Origin: Myxococcota bacterium
GTDB lineage: Bacteria; Myxococcota_A; Bradymonadia; UBA4248; JAVFAO01
Length of the DNA stretch: 64,000 nt
NCBI GenBank assembly: GCA_034002465.1
Contig: JAVFAO010000002.1
Span: 30 to 64,029, forward strand
Direction: 5' to 3'
Made by a program: the position numbers and the translations under genes. The notes under the pieces were generated by a model. The model was given only the letters and a program-made list of their open reading frames with translations. It searched no databases and was not told the origin of the DNA. This document shows, in pieces, positions 1-7,906 of this stretch. Position 1 is the stretch's first letter. Each line of letters opens with the position of its first letter.

Positions 1-332
1 CTCTGTCCACGAGCTTCTTTGCCCAGGTCGGATCCATTGGTAGCTCCTCTACACAGGGCGACCGCGCCCTTCATTTCCATTGCACGATAGCCAGAGGTCC
101 CCCAAGTATCAAGTCTATCCCGCTTTCAGCGCTTTGAGTTTCGCGCCTCTATCAACGATCTGGAATTCGCCGAGAAACAAGCCACATGCAGTTCCGCGAA
201 TGCGCCAGACAGGGCCCCGTACGACTCGGCTGCTCGACAATGTTGTTGAGCACTCTCGGCTTGACGAGTGAGGCCGCTTGGTGCAAAGCGCAGACGAGAG
301 CGGCGCTTGCCCTCCCGACGACTGAGGCACAC

Positions 333-1970
333 ATGAGCACACGCAAACTGGGAGCCTACCGCTTGCTCGAACGCATTGGCCAAGGCGGCATGGGCGAGGT
401 TTGGCGGGCCGAGCACGAGAGCCTGGACAGCCCTGCTGCGGTCAAGCTCATTCGGCCCGAGGCGCTGGGCGCGCAGAACGAGGCCGAGCGCTCCCGCCTG
501 CTCAAGCGCTTCGAGCGCGAGGCCAGGATCACCGCTTCGCTCAGCTCCCCACACACCATCCGCCTCTTCGATTTTGGCACCGCCGAGGACGGCACCCTCT
601 ACTATGCCATGGAGCTGCTCGACGGGCTCGACACCAACAGCCTGGTCAGCCGCTTTGGTGCGCTGCCGCCGCCCCGCGCGGTGTCCCTGCTGCTGCAGGT
701 CTGCGACTCCCTGGCCGAGGCCCACCATCAGGGGATGATCCACCGGGATATCAAGCCCGCCAACATCTTCGCCTGCCGCATGGGCCTGCAGTACGACTTC
801 GTCAAGGTCCTCGATTTCGGGCTCGTCAAGAGCTTGGCCCGAGGCAAGGACGCAAGCCAGCTCACCGCCGACAACATCACCGCAGGCACTCCCGCCTTCA
901 TGGCCCCAGAGCTGGCCCTTTCGAAGCTCGAAATCGGCGTCCGCACCGACATTTATGCCTTCGGCTGCCTGGCCTATTGGCTACTCACGGGACAGCTCGT
1001 CTTCGAAGGCGAGACGGCCTTGGAGACCCTGCTCGGCCACTTGAATGCGCCAGCGCAAGCCCCTTCGGAGCGTCTTGGGCGCCCCCTGCCCCCGGGTATG
1101 GATACGCTGATCCTGAGCTGCCTGGCCAAGACCCCTGAGCAACGGCCGGCGAGCATCGCCGCCGTACGCAGTCAGCTCGCGGCCATTCCTCTGGGTGGTG
1201 CCTGGACCGAGGAGGACGCCACCCGCTGGTGGACAGCACAGCTCCCGGAGCTGGCCAAGCGTCCGCAGGAGCCAACGACCCCCAGTCCCTCTCAGGAGTT
1301 GGCGGCCACCGCCGAAGGGGTGGCCGTCGTCGATCCTCAGCTCTCGGCCGCCCGGGAGCGCGTCGTTTTGCAGTTGCGCAACCAGTTCGCCTACAGCGCG
1401 ATTGGCATGGACGAGTTCGAGCGTCGCGTCGAGGCAGCCGAAAATGCCAAGAACCAAAAGCAGTTGGATGCGGTGATGGAGGGCCTGCGGCCGATGGACA
1501 CCTTCGGCCACGCCATCGCCCTACCGGCGCCTGCGCAGCCCCCCGCAGCGCGACCCAGCACGGGACACGCCCTCGCTCCAACGAGCAGCGCCAACACCGG
1601 TCAAACCGGGATCGCAGTCTTCTCGGGCTTCATTCGTCGAGGCTACTGGGAGGTGCCCCCGCGGCTCGACCTGTTCACGGTCATGGGTGGTGCTGAGCTC
1701 GACTTCAGCTGCGCCAAGATGGACCGAGAAGAGGTGCACATCAGTGTCTTCGCGTTCATGGGGGGTGCCAAGCTGATCGTACCCAAGGACATGCACGTCA
1801 CCAGCGACATCGTCGGCATTCTTGGCGGCGTCGATCTGCCCACCTTCGACCAGCCCCCTCAGCCTGGACAGAAGCGCATTCATCTCACCGGCTTTGCCCT
1901 CTTTGGTGGTGTCGGGGTCGAGATTGCAGGTGCAGCCGAAGAGAAGAAGAAGAAGGCGCTACCCGAGTGA
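333..1970 (+). CDS. Hanks-type Ser/Thr protein kinase with C-terminal DUF1707-like helix and LiaF-C (DUF2154)-like beta-rich domain
   Basis: ORF 186..1970. ATG at 333 gives MSTRKLGAYRLLERIGQGGMGEVW (Gly loop). Also AAVKLI Lys, HRDIKPANIF catalytic loop, DFG and GTPAFMAPE. The C-terminal MGGAELDF/FMGGAKLIVPKDMHV repeats resemble the LiaF C-terminal domain. Confidence 0.88.
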   Translation: MSTRKLGAYRLLERIGQGGMGEVWRAEHESLDSPAAVKLIRPEALGAQNEAERSRLLKRFEREARITASLSSPHTIRLFDFGTAEDGTLYYAMELLDGLDTNSLVSRFGALPPPRAVSLLLQVCDSLAEAHHQGMIHRDIKPANIFACRMGLQYDFVKVLDFGLVKSLARGKDASQLTADNITAGTPAFMAPELALSKLEIGVRTDIYAFGCLAYWLLTGQLVFEGETALETLLGHLNAPAQAPSERLGRPLPPGMDTLILSCLAKTPEQRPASIAAVRSQLAAIPLGGAWTEEDATRWWTAQLPELAKRPQEPTTPSPSQELAATAEGVAVVDPQLSAARERVVLQLRNQFAYSAIGMDEFERRVEAAENAKNQKQLDAVMEGLRPMDTFGHAIALPAPAQPPAARPSTGHALAPTSSANTGQTGIAVFSGFIRRGYWEVPPRLDLFTVMGGAELDFSCAKMDREEVHISVFAFMGGAKLIVPKDMHVTSDIVGILGGVDLPTFDQPPQPGQKRIHLTGFALFGGVGVEIAGAAEEKKKKALPE

Positions 1971-2052
1971 GGGGAGCAGCGGGTTGACCCCTAGCTGTCG
2001 TTCGCTGCGCTCTCTCCAGCTCCTCCGCGCGTTGCGGGGGAACCCGCTCCGT

Positions 2053-2116
2053 GACTTCGGGTTTCGGGTTTCGGGTTTCGGGTTTCGGGCTTCGGGCTTC
2101 GGGTTTCGGGACCTCG
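2053..2116. repeat. tandem heptamer microsatellite (G[T/C]TTCGG) about 9 units
   Basis: Read directly: gacttcgg gtttcgg gtttcgg gtttcgg gtttcgg gcttcgg gcttcgg gtttcgg gacctcgg. Intergenic, between convergent genes. Confidence 0.9.
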
Positions 2117-2194
2117 GCAAGCGTGCGCTGGGCCTCGGGTGGCAGGCTGGAAAGCCTGCCCCACGCCTTGCTCTGCGCCTTCCGGCCGAACTTG

Positions 2195-2488
2195 GGCTTG
2201 CGCGCTGCGCGCGGCTCGCCCGCTAGGCTTGCGCACTGCGCGCGGCCCGCCGGCTCGTCTTGGCTTGCGCGCGGCGCGCGGCTCGCCCGCTAGGCTTGCG
2301 CGCTGCGCGCGGCCCGCCGGCTCGTCTTGGCTTGCGCGCGGCGCGCGGCGCGCCCGCTAGGCTTGCGCGCTGCGCGCGGCCCACCGGCTCGTCTTGGCTT
2401 GCGCGCGGCGCGCGGCGCGCCCGCTAGGCTTGCGCGCTGCGCGCGGCTCGCCCCCTCAGCTCGGCTTGCGCGCTGCGCGCGGCTCGCC
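2195..2488. repeat. tandem array, 67-nt period (two ~33-nt half units), about 4.4 copies
   Basis: The GGCTTGCGCGC[T/G]GCGCGCGGCNCGCC core recurs about 9 times with alternating linkers (cgctag / ggctcgtctt). The ORF-track starts 2327 and 2394 are exactly 67 nt apart with near-identical translations. Confidence 0.9.
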
Positions 2489-2495
2489 TTCTTTT

Positions 2496-2543
2496 TGGGG
2501 CGCTGCCCCAAACCCCGCCAAAGGGCTCGCCCTTTGGAATCCC
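2496..2543 (-). repeat. REP-A copy 1 (double-hairpin palindromic element)
   Basis: Reverse complement reads GGGATTCCAAAGGGCGAGCCCTTTGGCGGGGTTTGGGGCAGCGCCCCA. Two stem-loops (CCAAAGGGC/GCCCTTTGG and GGGGC/GCCCC). Lies 25 nt past the stop of the minus-strand ATPase gene. Confidence 0.85.
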
Positions 2544-2567
2544 TTTGATGGGCGTATTGAGGTGCGC

Positions 2568-4418
2568 TCAGACCTTGAGCTGCGCGAGCTGCTCTGCTGT
2601 GAGCTTACGCACCGAGCCCGTGATCCCGTGAATCAGCACCCCCCTCAGCGTCTGCTTGCTCTTGTGCCGCAGCCGACAGAGATAAAACGGCAAATGCAAC
2701 GCGTGACTGCTGATCACCTGCGCGTTGTCGATCAGCCCCTGCACCAAACTCGCGATGTTCTCCTCCCTCACCCGCATGTCGAGCACCTTCGCACCAGGCC
2801 GCGGAGCGCCCCGATCATAGCCAGGGATCTTCGTATCCAAATCCGAGAGGGAGAGCTTCTCAATCGCGACGATAGGCCGATACAGATGCGCCCGACCCGC
2901 CCTGCCCGCCGTCACGATCAGCTTGCGCTTCCTCAACCGCAACACCGCCGAACGCGTCGTCGACAGCTCGATTCCCGTGCGCGACGCCAAATCCTGAGCG
3001 CTCAAATCACTCGATCGCAGCTCGTCCAGAATACGAAGATGGTCCTGGCTCAACCCAATCAGACGCGGCTCGAAATGCGCCACCTCCTTGGCATCGACAC
3101 CATCGAAACGCAAGACCGTCGAGAACACCCCGTCCCAGGCGCTGTCCACCCGCACCACCTTGAGACCAAAGAAACCGCGCCGCGAGGTCTGCAGGTGACA
3201 ATGCAAGATCGGCCAGTACACCGCGTCGAAGCTCTCGACGCTCTCCTTGGGCTGCGAAGAAAACAAGGTCTTCGACACATGTCGCTCGGCGAGGTCCCGC
3301 GCCGCCGCCTCGGTCAGGGAGAACTCCAGACGCGCGATGACCGCCGCCTTCTCACGGGTCGTCACCTGTGGCAGCGTCTCCTCTTCGAGTTCGCCTTCTT
3401 CGTCTTCCTCCTCCAGCACCGGCGCGGCTTTGGGCGCCTTGGCCCGTTTGGCACTCGCAGGCTGCGTCGCCTTCTCGACCAGCTCAGACTCACTGAGCTC
3501 AACCTCCTCTGCGGTCTCGGTCTTTGGTGCCGCTTGCTCACGTGCTGGGCGCAGCGCTTCGGTCGCTTCGCTTGCAGGGCCACCATCGCCCGCCTGGATG
3601 TCCGTCACGAAGTCGTCGACATTGAAGCTCTGTGCCTCCCCCAGCTCTGGTGTTCGGCCTTGATGGGTGGTGTGTCTGCCGCGGGCCATGAACAGCTTGG
3701 ACGATTTGACGAAGTCGCCCATGGCGTAGAACTGGCCTCGCTCCAGCTCGGCAAGGCTTCGCAATCGCTCATTGTTTTCGAAGAAGAGCTTGACCGCGGC
3801 GAGGTCGTTTTGCGAGCGCAGCTTGCCGACGAGCTGGTTGGCGCACTGGGAGAGCACGTTTTTGTCGACCATGGCTGGCCGCTGCGTGGCGATGAGCAGG
3901 CCAATGCCACGTTTTCTGCCGCGGCGGCTGATCTCGAGCAGCTCAGGCACGCCGTTACCGGAGGATTGTGGGACGAAGCGATCTGCCTCCTCGACGATGA
4001 CGGCGAGGGGGCGCTTGACCTCTGAGGCCACCTCGTAGAGCTGGGAGAGGAAGGCCGAGGCGATGGCGAGCTCATCGTCGGAGTCGGAGGTGTCGAGGAT
4101 GAGCCTGCCGCCCTTCTCGGCCACCGCCTGCGCGAGTCCTTTGCACGCGTCGACCTTGAGCTTGACGTCTGCGCCTGTCCGTCGTGAAGCCCAGACCACC
4201 TCGTACTTTTCCTTGAGGCTCTGGTACTCGCCTTCTGGGTCGAGCACGACGAAGCTCAGGTTTGCCGCACAGAGCTCTTCACAGAGGACGCCGAGCAGGT
4301 GGCTCTTGCCAGAGCCGCTCATGCCGATGACGGCGCTGCGCCCCGTGAGCACGGCTGGCGCGGGGACGAGCAGCGCCTCGCCGTCGTACTCACCAAGATT
4401 GAGGAGGATCTCAGACAT
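2568..4418 (-). CDS. HerA/FtsK-type (DUF87-like) P-loop NTPase fused through an acidic linker to a C-terminal winged-helix-containing domain
   Basis: Walker A GMSGSGKSH, Walker B LAVIVEEADRF, ATQRP motif. Glu/Ala-rich linker at about aa 290-370. The C-terminal ~250 aa include a MarR/TrmB-like wHTH (LRILDELRSSDLSAQDLASRTGIELSTTRSAVLRLRKRKLI). GGGAG lies upstream of ATG 4418. Confidence 0.8.
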   Translation of the reverse strand: MSEILLNLGEYDGEALLVPAPAVLTGRSAVIGMSGSGKSHLLGVLCEELCAANLSFVVLDPEGEYQSLKEKYEVVWASRRTGADVKLKVDACKGLAQAVAEKGGRLILDTSDSDDELAIASAFLSQLYEVASEVKRPLAVIVEEADRFVPQSSGNGVPELLEISRRGRKRGIGLLIATQRPAMVDKNVLSQCANQLVGKLRSQNDLAAVKLFFENNERLRSLAELERGQFYAMGDFVKSSKLFMARGRHTTHQGRTPELGEAQSFNVDDFVTDIQAGDGGPASEATEALRPAREQAAPKTETAEEVELSESELVEKATQPASAKRAKAPKAAPVLEEEDEEGELEEETLPQVTTREKAAVIARLEFSLTEAAARDLAERHVSKTLFSSQPKESVESFDAVYWPILHCHLQTSRRGFFGLKVVRVDSAWDGVFSTVLRFDGVDAKEVAHFEPRLIGLSQDHLRILDELRSSDLSAQDLASRTGIELSTTRSAVLRLRKRKLIVTAGRAGRAHLYRPIVAIEKLSLSDLDTKIPGYDRGAPRPGAKVLDMRVREENIASLVQGLIDNAQVISSHALHLPFYLCRLRHKSKQTLRGVLIHGITGSVRKLTAEQLAQLKV

Positions 4419-4592
4419 CGGCTGCTCCCATCATAAGCAGGCGGCGAGCAGACTGTCAGAGCCGTGGAGGGGAATCAAGGTGCAAGTGGCGGCGGCATTC
4501 GTTTGGGCGCGGACTGGAAGCACTGGGCTCACCACCGTGCAGCTTGGCAACAAGCATGCGTGGCAGGCTCTACAGCCTGCCACAACGACGAG

Positions 4593-6203
4593 CTACTGCG
4601 CTCTGGGGTAGGAGATGATCCAGCGCGCTCCCCCGGGCAGAGGATTGAGGAACTCTAAACCCAACGGCGAAATGTAGGAGCACTGGGTGTAGTTGACCTT
4701 GAAATCGACCCCCTCGACCAGCGGGACCCGGCTGCCGTCGCTCAGCTCACTCTCGATGGTGACCGCGAAGCCGCTGCAGAGTCGGAAGGCGTAGTCGGTG
4801 CCTGCGAGGTATTCCGTTTCGGCGCAGCTCTCTCCGGTGGGGCAGTCTTCGTCCGTGTCGCAGGTCGCTGGTCGCCAGCGCAGGCAGATGGAGTCGATCG
4901 ACTTGCCGACGACAGTGGTGATTTCTTCCAATGCCTGAGCGAACGAAGTGGGCAGGTCGTTCTCGCAGATGGGGAAGACGATGCGGCGGTTGACCGGGAA
5001 CATCTCGGCAAAGAGCTGGTAGCGATAGCCTGCGGTGCCAGCGTCGCCACACACGGCGCCATCGATCTCCTCGGTCTCGAGGAAGCGACGGCCGCGGTCG
5101 GGGTTGATGATGGTGGCAACGATGACGTTCTGAGCGGCGAGGGCCAGGTCGAGGTCGGCAGCGTCGGCGGTCTGCCAGCTGCTCTGGTTGTCGACCTCAC
5201 ACGTTGCAGCGCCCTCTTTGCAGAGGCCATCGCGTCGCGCGACGAGCTCGGTGATGGCGTTGTAGTAGCTGCGCCGGGTTTTGAGCTTGTTGGTGCAGCC
5301 GCCGCTTGGGCAGAGCAGCTCGAGGGAGTCTTGGAGCGCGCTCACTGCGACGGGATCACCCTCGCTGCACCACTGACGCGCGCTCTTGCGCTCGTCGCCG
5401 TAGCTGAGCATGGGCCCCTCGTTGAGCAGACCGTCGTTGTCGTCGCGGGCGTAGAGACAGCTATCCTCGATATTTCGGTTGTATTCGCAGCCTGCGTCAC
5501 CTGTGCTGTAGACCTCGCCTGGCACCTGGCCAAAGGTGTTGTCCGAGCAGTCGTTTTCGTCGCTGACGAAGACGATGGCCAGGATGGAACCGCGCCGAAG
5601 GAAGTCGGGAGGGTTGACCCCGCTGGTGAGGGCGCGGCTCATCGTCTCGAGCCCCATCTCCACACCGTCGCCGTCGATGCCTGTCATGGCCATGCACGCG
5701 AAGTCTCGTTGCAGCATGGCTGCGTCGAGCTGCAAGCTTTGCGCCTCGCGGTAGTCTTCCGAGGAGAGGTACGGGGTCAGCGAGAGCTCGTCGCAGTAGC
5801 TCAACTCGGGCGCGGAGACACTGCAGCGCGAGATGTTGTCTTGATAGCTGCCCGGCCTCGTGCGAAAGCGCCCGACACCGCCAAGTGTATCGACCATGTC
5901 GGTGGTGACGACGGCGATATGAAAGTCGATGCCGAAGCTGGCGACGGTCTCGAGGAAGAGCTTGGAGGCCTCGAGCAAACTGGCCTGCTCCTCACACATC
6001 GAGCTCGAGTTGTCGACGACGAAGAGCAGATCGAGCGGTGGTCGGCCGTGCCCTTCGAGGACATACTCGGGCTCTGGACAGCGACCGTCGACGCAGCCAG
6101 CCGGGCAGTATTCCGGATTACACGGGGACGGGCCCTGTTGGTCGTCGCAGGCCGTCGCCAACAGGAGCAGTAGGCCTACGGTGGTCAGCGCGCTCTTCTT
6201 CAT
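4593..6203 (-). CDS. secreted lipoprotein with von Willebrand factor A (vWA) domain
   Basis: ORF 4593..6296. Internal ATG at 6203 is preceded by AAGGAGA. MKKSALTTVGLLLLLATAC lipobox, MIDAS-like DLLFVVDNSSSM, many paired Cys. Confidence 0.8.
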   Translation of the reverse strand: MKKSALTTVGLLLLLATACDDQQGPSPCNPEYCPAGCVDGRCPEPEYVLEGHGRPPLDLLFVVDNSSSMCEEQASLLEASKLFLETVASFGIDFHIAVVTTDMVDTLGGVGRFRTRPGSYQDNISRCSVSAPELSYCDELSLTPYLSSEDYREAQSLQLDAAMLQRDFACMAMTGIDGDGVEMGLETMSRALTSGVNPPDFLRRGSILAIVFVSDENDCSDNTFGQVPGEVYSTGDAGCEYNRNIEDSCLYARDDNDGLLNEGPMLSYGDERKSARQWCSEGDPVAVSALQDSLELLCPSGGCTNKLKTRRSYYNAITELVARRDGLCKEGAATCEVDNQSSWQTADAADLDLALAAQNVIVATIINPDRGRRFLETEEIDGAVCGDAGTAGYRYQLFAEMFPVNRRIVFPICENDLPTSFAQALEEITTVVGKSIDSICLRWRPATCDTDEDCPTGESCAETEYLAGTDYAFRLCSGFAVTIESELSDGSRVPLVEGVDFKVNYTQCSYISPLGLEFLNPLPGGARWIISYPRAQ

Positions 6204-6283
6204 GGCGGTGTTCTCCTTGCGGTGGAGGCATGGCTCTCGTCGGCGAGAATTGCAGCTTTGCCAGTGTAGTGGCACGTATCCAA

Positions 6284-6312
6284 GGAGGGCGGACACGCAG
6301 GTCCGCCCCTAC
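6284..6312. repeat. REP-D hairpin copy 1 (GGAGGGCGGAC-acgcag-GTCCGCCCCTAC), possible terminator-like element
   Basis: Perfect 8-bp GC stem with a 6-nt loop. Same architecture at 15734 and 37814. No U-tract follows. Confidence 0.6.
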
Positions 6313-6346
6313 TTCCTGTCGATTAGGCGCTTGGCCTATTGACGAG
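6311..6346 (-). repeat. 36-nt repeat family (B), single copy
   Basis: Reverse complement ctcgtcaatAGGCCAAGCGCCtAATCGACAgGAAG matches the unit of the arrays at 18.0, 45.2 and 52.3 kb. It abuts REP-D copy 1. Confidence 0.75.
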
Positions 6347-6542
6347 ACGACTGTGTCGCTGCGATGACTGCGCAGGATACGAGAGAAGCAGCGCATTGAG
6401 AGGCGGGTTGAACGGAGCACAGATGAGAGCCATATTCCACAATGCACGGAAGCGATGGACAAAGCAAGTGGCGTGCTCGTTTCGAAACGCTGAGCCGAGG
6501 CATCGGTCGAGCACATGTGGCCTTCGCTCACTGTCTATGGCC

Positions 6543-7076
6543 TCACCGAAGCAGCGCGAAGTGGCGCTCGATGAGGCCCGCCACGCGCTTGCCCTCTGCG
6601 GCTGTGAGCAAGGTCTGCGCGTGTCGTTCGAGCAGCGTCGGCAGGTCGAGCAGGCCGTGTTTGACCGCAGCTTCGAGAAAGCGGAGGTCTTTGTCTCGAG
6701 CCGCGACGTACTTGGCAATGGCGAGGTCGTGCAGCTCGAGGCACCAGCCGGTGGCACCGCGCGTGTTGGCGTTGTGTACGGGTACGAGGCGATGCTGCCA
6801 GCCTGTGGGCAAGGTTGCGGTCGTCTCGTCCACCCCTTGTGCGTAGTAGCCGAACGCTTCGTGGAACGGAGAGCCCTCGCCAATGGTGCCATCAATGAGG
6901 TCCCAACGCTCGGGGTGGTTGCGTGGAAACAGGTCGGCTTCCATCGACACGAGCAGCTCGCTCGGTGCCTCTGGGAATTGTCCCAGCACGGACTGGCTGC
7001 CGATGACGATGAGCTCGTCGTCGTCTGCAATGGTCGCGGCTGCTCGAATGAGGTGCTCGAGCTGAGCTCGGTTCAC
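6543..7076 (-). CDS. DUF6036-like nucleotidyltransferase-fold protein (large partner of a two-gene TA-like module)
   Basis: 177 aa. N-terminal LEHLIRAAATIADDDELIVIGSQSVLGQ and later HDLAIAKYVAARDKDLRF recall the DUF6036 family (from memory). The GTG start overlaps the upstream stop (GTGA). Confidence 0.6.
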   Translation of the reverse strand: MNRAQLEHLIRAAATIADDDELIVIGSQSVLGQFPEAPSELLVSMEADLFPRNHPERWDLIDGTIGEGSPFHEAFGYYAQGVDETTATLPTGWQHRLVPVHNANTRGATGWCLELHDLAIAKYVAARDKDLRFLEAAVKHGLLDLPTLLERHAQTLLTAAEGKRVAGLIERHFALLR

Positions 7077-7417
7077 GGTGCAGACTCCTCATCGAAGGCC
7101 TTGCGCGCTTGCCGCCAGATGCGCCAGCGCTCGCGTGGCTCCACGATTCCGGCGAAGGGCGTACACTGTCTCAAGGCACGAGCCTGCTCCCCAGGATCGA
7201 CGAGGACAGCAAACAGCTCCTCGGCGGGTCCACTGAGGAGCCGAGCCCAAGCTCGGGCGTATTCGGGGTGCACTGCTCCGGTCTTCAGCCACTCGGCCAC
7301 ACGAGCACTGGCTTTTTGCAGCAGAGAAGGCTGTGCACGGAGTCTGGCAACGAGCTCGCGATGCAAAGCAAGGCTGCGGCTCTCGGCAAGGCGATGCAGA
7401 TTTGGCTTCTCTGGCAA
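7073..7417 (-). CDS. small helical protein, putative cognate partner/antitoxin of the DUF6036-like gene
   Basis: 114 aa with a TTG start (no in-frame ATG). Stop overlaps the downstream start by 4 nt, as in a TA-like couple. No family recognised. Confidence 0.5.
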   Translation of the reverse strand: MPEKPNLHRLAESRSLALHRELVARLRAQPSLLQKASARVAEWLKTGAVHPEYARAWARLLSGPAEELFAVLVDPGEQARALRQCTPFAGIVEPRERWRIWRQARKAFDEESAP

Positions 7418-7420
7418 TGG

Positions 7421-7768
7421 TCACCTACGACCTGACGAAGTTGGGGGATCGACGAGGACAGCAAACAGCTCCTCGGCGGGTCCACTGAGCAGCCGAGCCC
7501 AAGCTCGGGCGTATTCGGGGTGCACTGCTCCGGTCTTCAGCCTCTCGGCCACACGAGCACTGGCTTTCTGCAGCAGAGCAGGCTGTGCACGGAGTCGGGC
7601 AACAAGTGAGCGAAGCGAGGCACGAGTCAGCGTCTGTCGCGGGCGCATCCGATGCGCCTGCGCAGCGCTGCGAGGGTCTCGCGAGAGCGAACGAATGCCA
7701 AAGAGCTCGCGATGCAAAGCAAGGCTGCGGCTCTCGGCAAGGCGATGCAAATTCGGCTTCTCTGGCAC
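7421..7768 (-). pseudogene. truncated, insertion-bearing duplicate of the 7073..7417 gene
   Basis: 115-aa ORF. The first 22 aa are identical to the intact copy, followed by a 33-codon insert. It resumes LVARLRAQPALLQKASARVAE...AVLVDP and ends at the duplication junction, so the C-terminal third is missing. Confidence 0.6.
7604..7702 (+). mobile_element. MITE-like repeat E copy 1 (99 nt, in frame) inserted in the duplicated gene copy
   Basis: Absent from the paralogous position in copy 1. The core cgcgGGCGCATCCGATGCGCctgcgCAGCGCTGCGAGGgtcTCGCGAGAgcg is shared with 46733-46803. Contains the palindromes GCGCATC/GATGCGC, CAGCGCTG and TCTCGCGAGA. Confidence 0.6.
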
Positions 7769-7906
7769 GTGTCACCCGCAAAATGACGAGATCCTGGACT
7801 GCTGGTCCATCGAGGCAACTCGCGCAGCGCGAGGCTGGCCAGCTATCTCATTGTAGCACAGCCGTGATGAGCACCAAACGGCGGTGCCCCTTTGGCGCAG
7901 GCGCCC

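Larger units (their letters stand above)
7194..7771. repeat. tandem direct duplication (~227-nt unit) covering the 5' two-thirds of the small partner gene
   Basis: 7194-7420 and 7446-7771 are near-identical (ggatcgacgaggacagcaaacagctcctcggcgggtccactgag...), except for a 99-nt insertion in the second copy. Confidence 0.85.

Noticed and set aside
2053-2116. The GGGTTTC heptamer run resembles telomeric repeats (TTTAGGG-like), which would suggest a linear replicon end.
   Set aside because: The run is internal, with ordinary chromosomal genes on both sides. It has only about 9 units, and a second unrelated heptamer tract exists at 18344-18385. It is most simply a microsatellite.
2394-4025. Very long ORFs antisense to well-supported genes: 2394..4025, 6339..7856, 13696..15249, 23584..25803, 26194..27693, 28879..31242 and 61621..62844.
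   Set aside because: These are typical shadow ORFs of GC-rich DNA. Their translations are Arg/Ala/Gly/Pro-rich low-complexity sequence without motifs. Each lies opposite a gene with strong family signatures (ATPase, amidase, glmM, cdaA, ftsH, parE).
4419-4592. I looked for a nuclease (NurA-like), Sir2 or other effector gene coupled to the HerA-like ATPase that would define a known defence system.
   Set aside because: No ORF with coding features lies in the 174-nt gap or immediately downstream, where the repeat-filled spacer begins. No known HerA-partner architecture can therefore be called.
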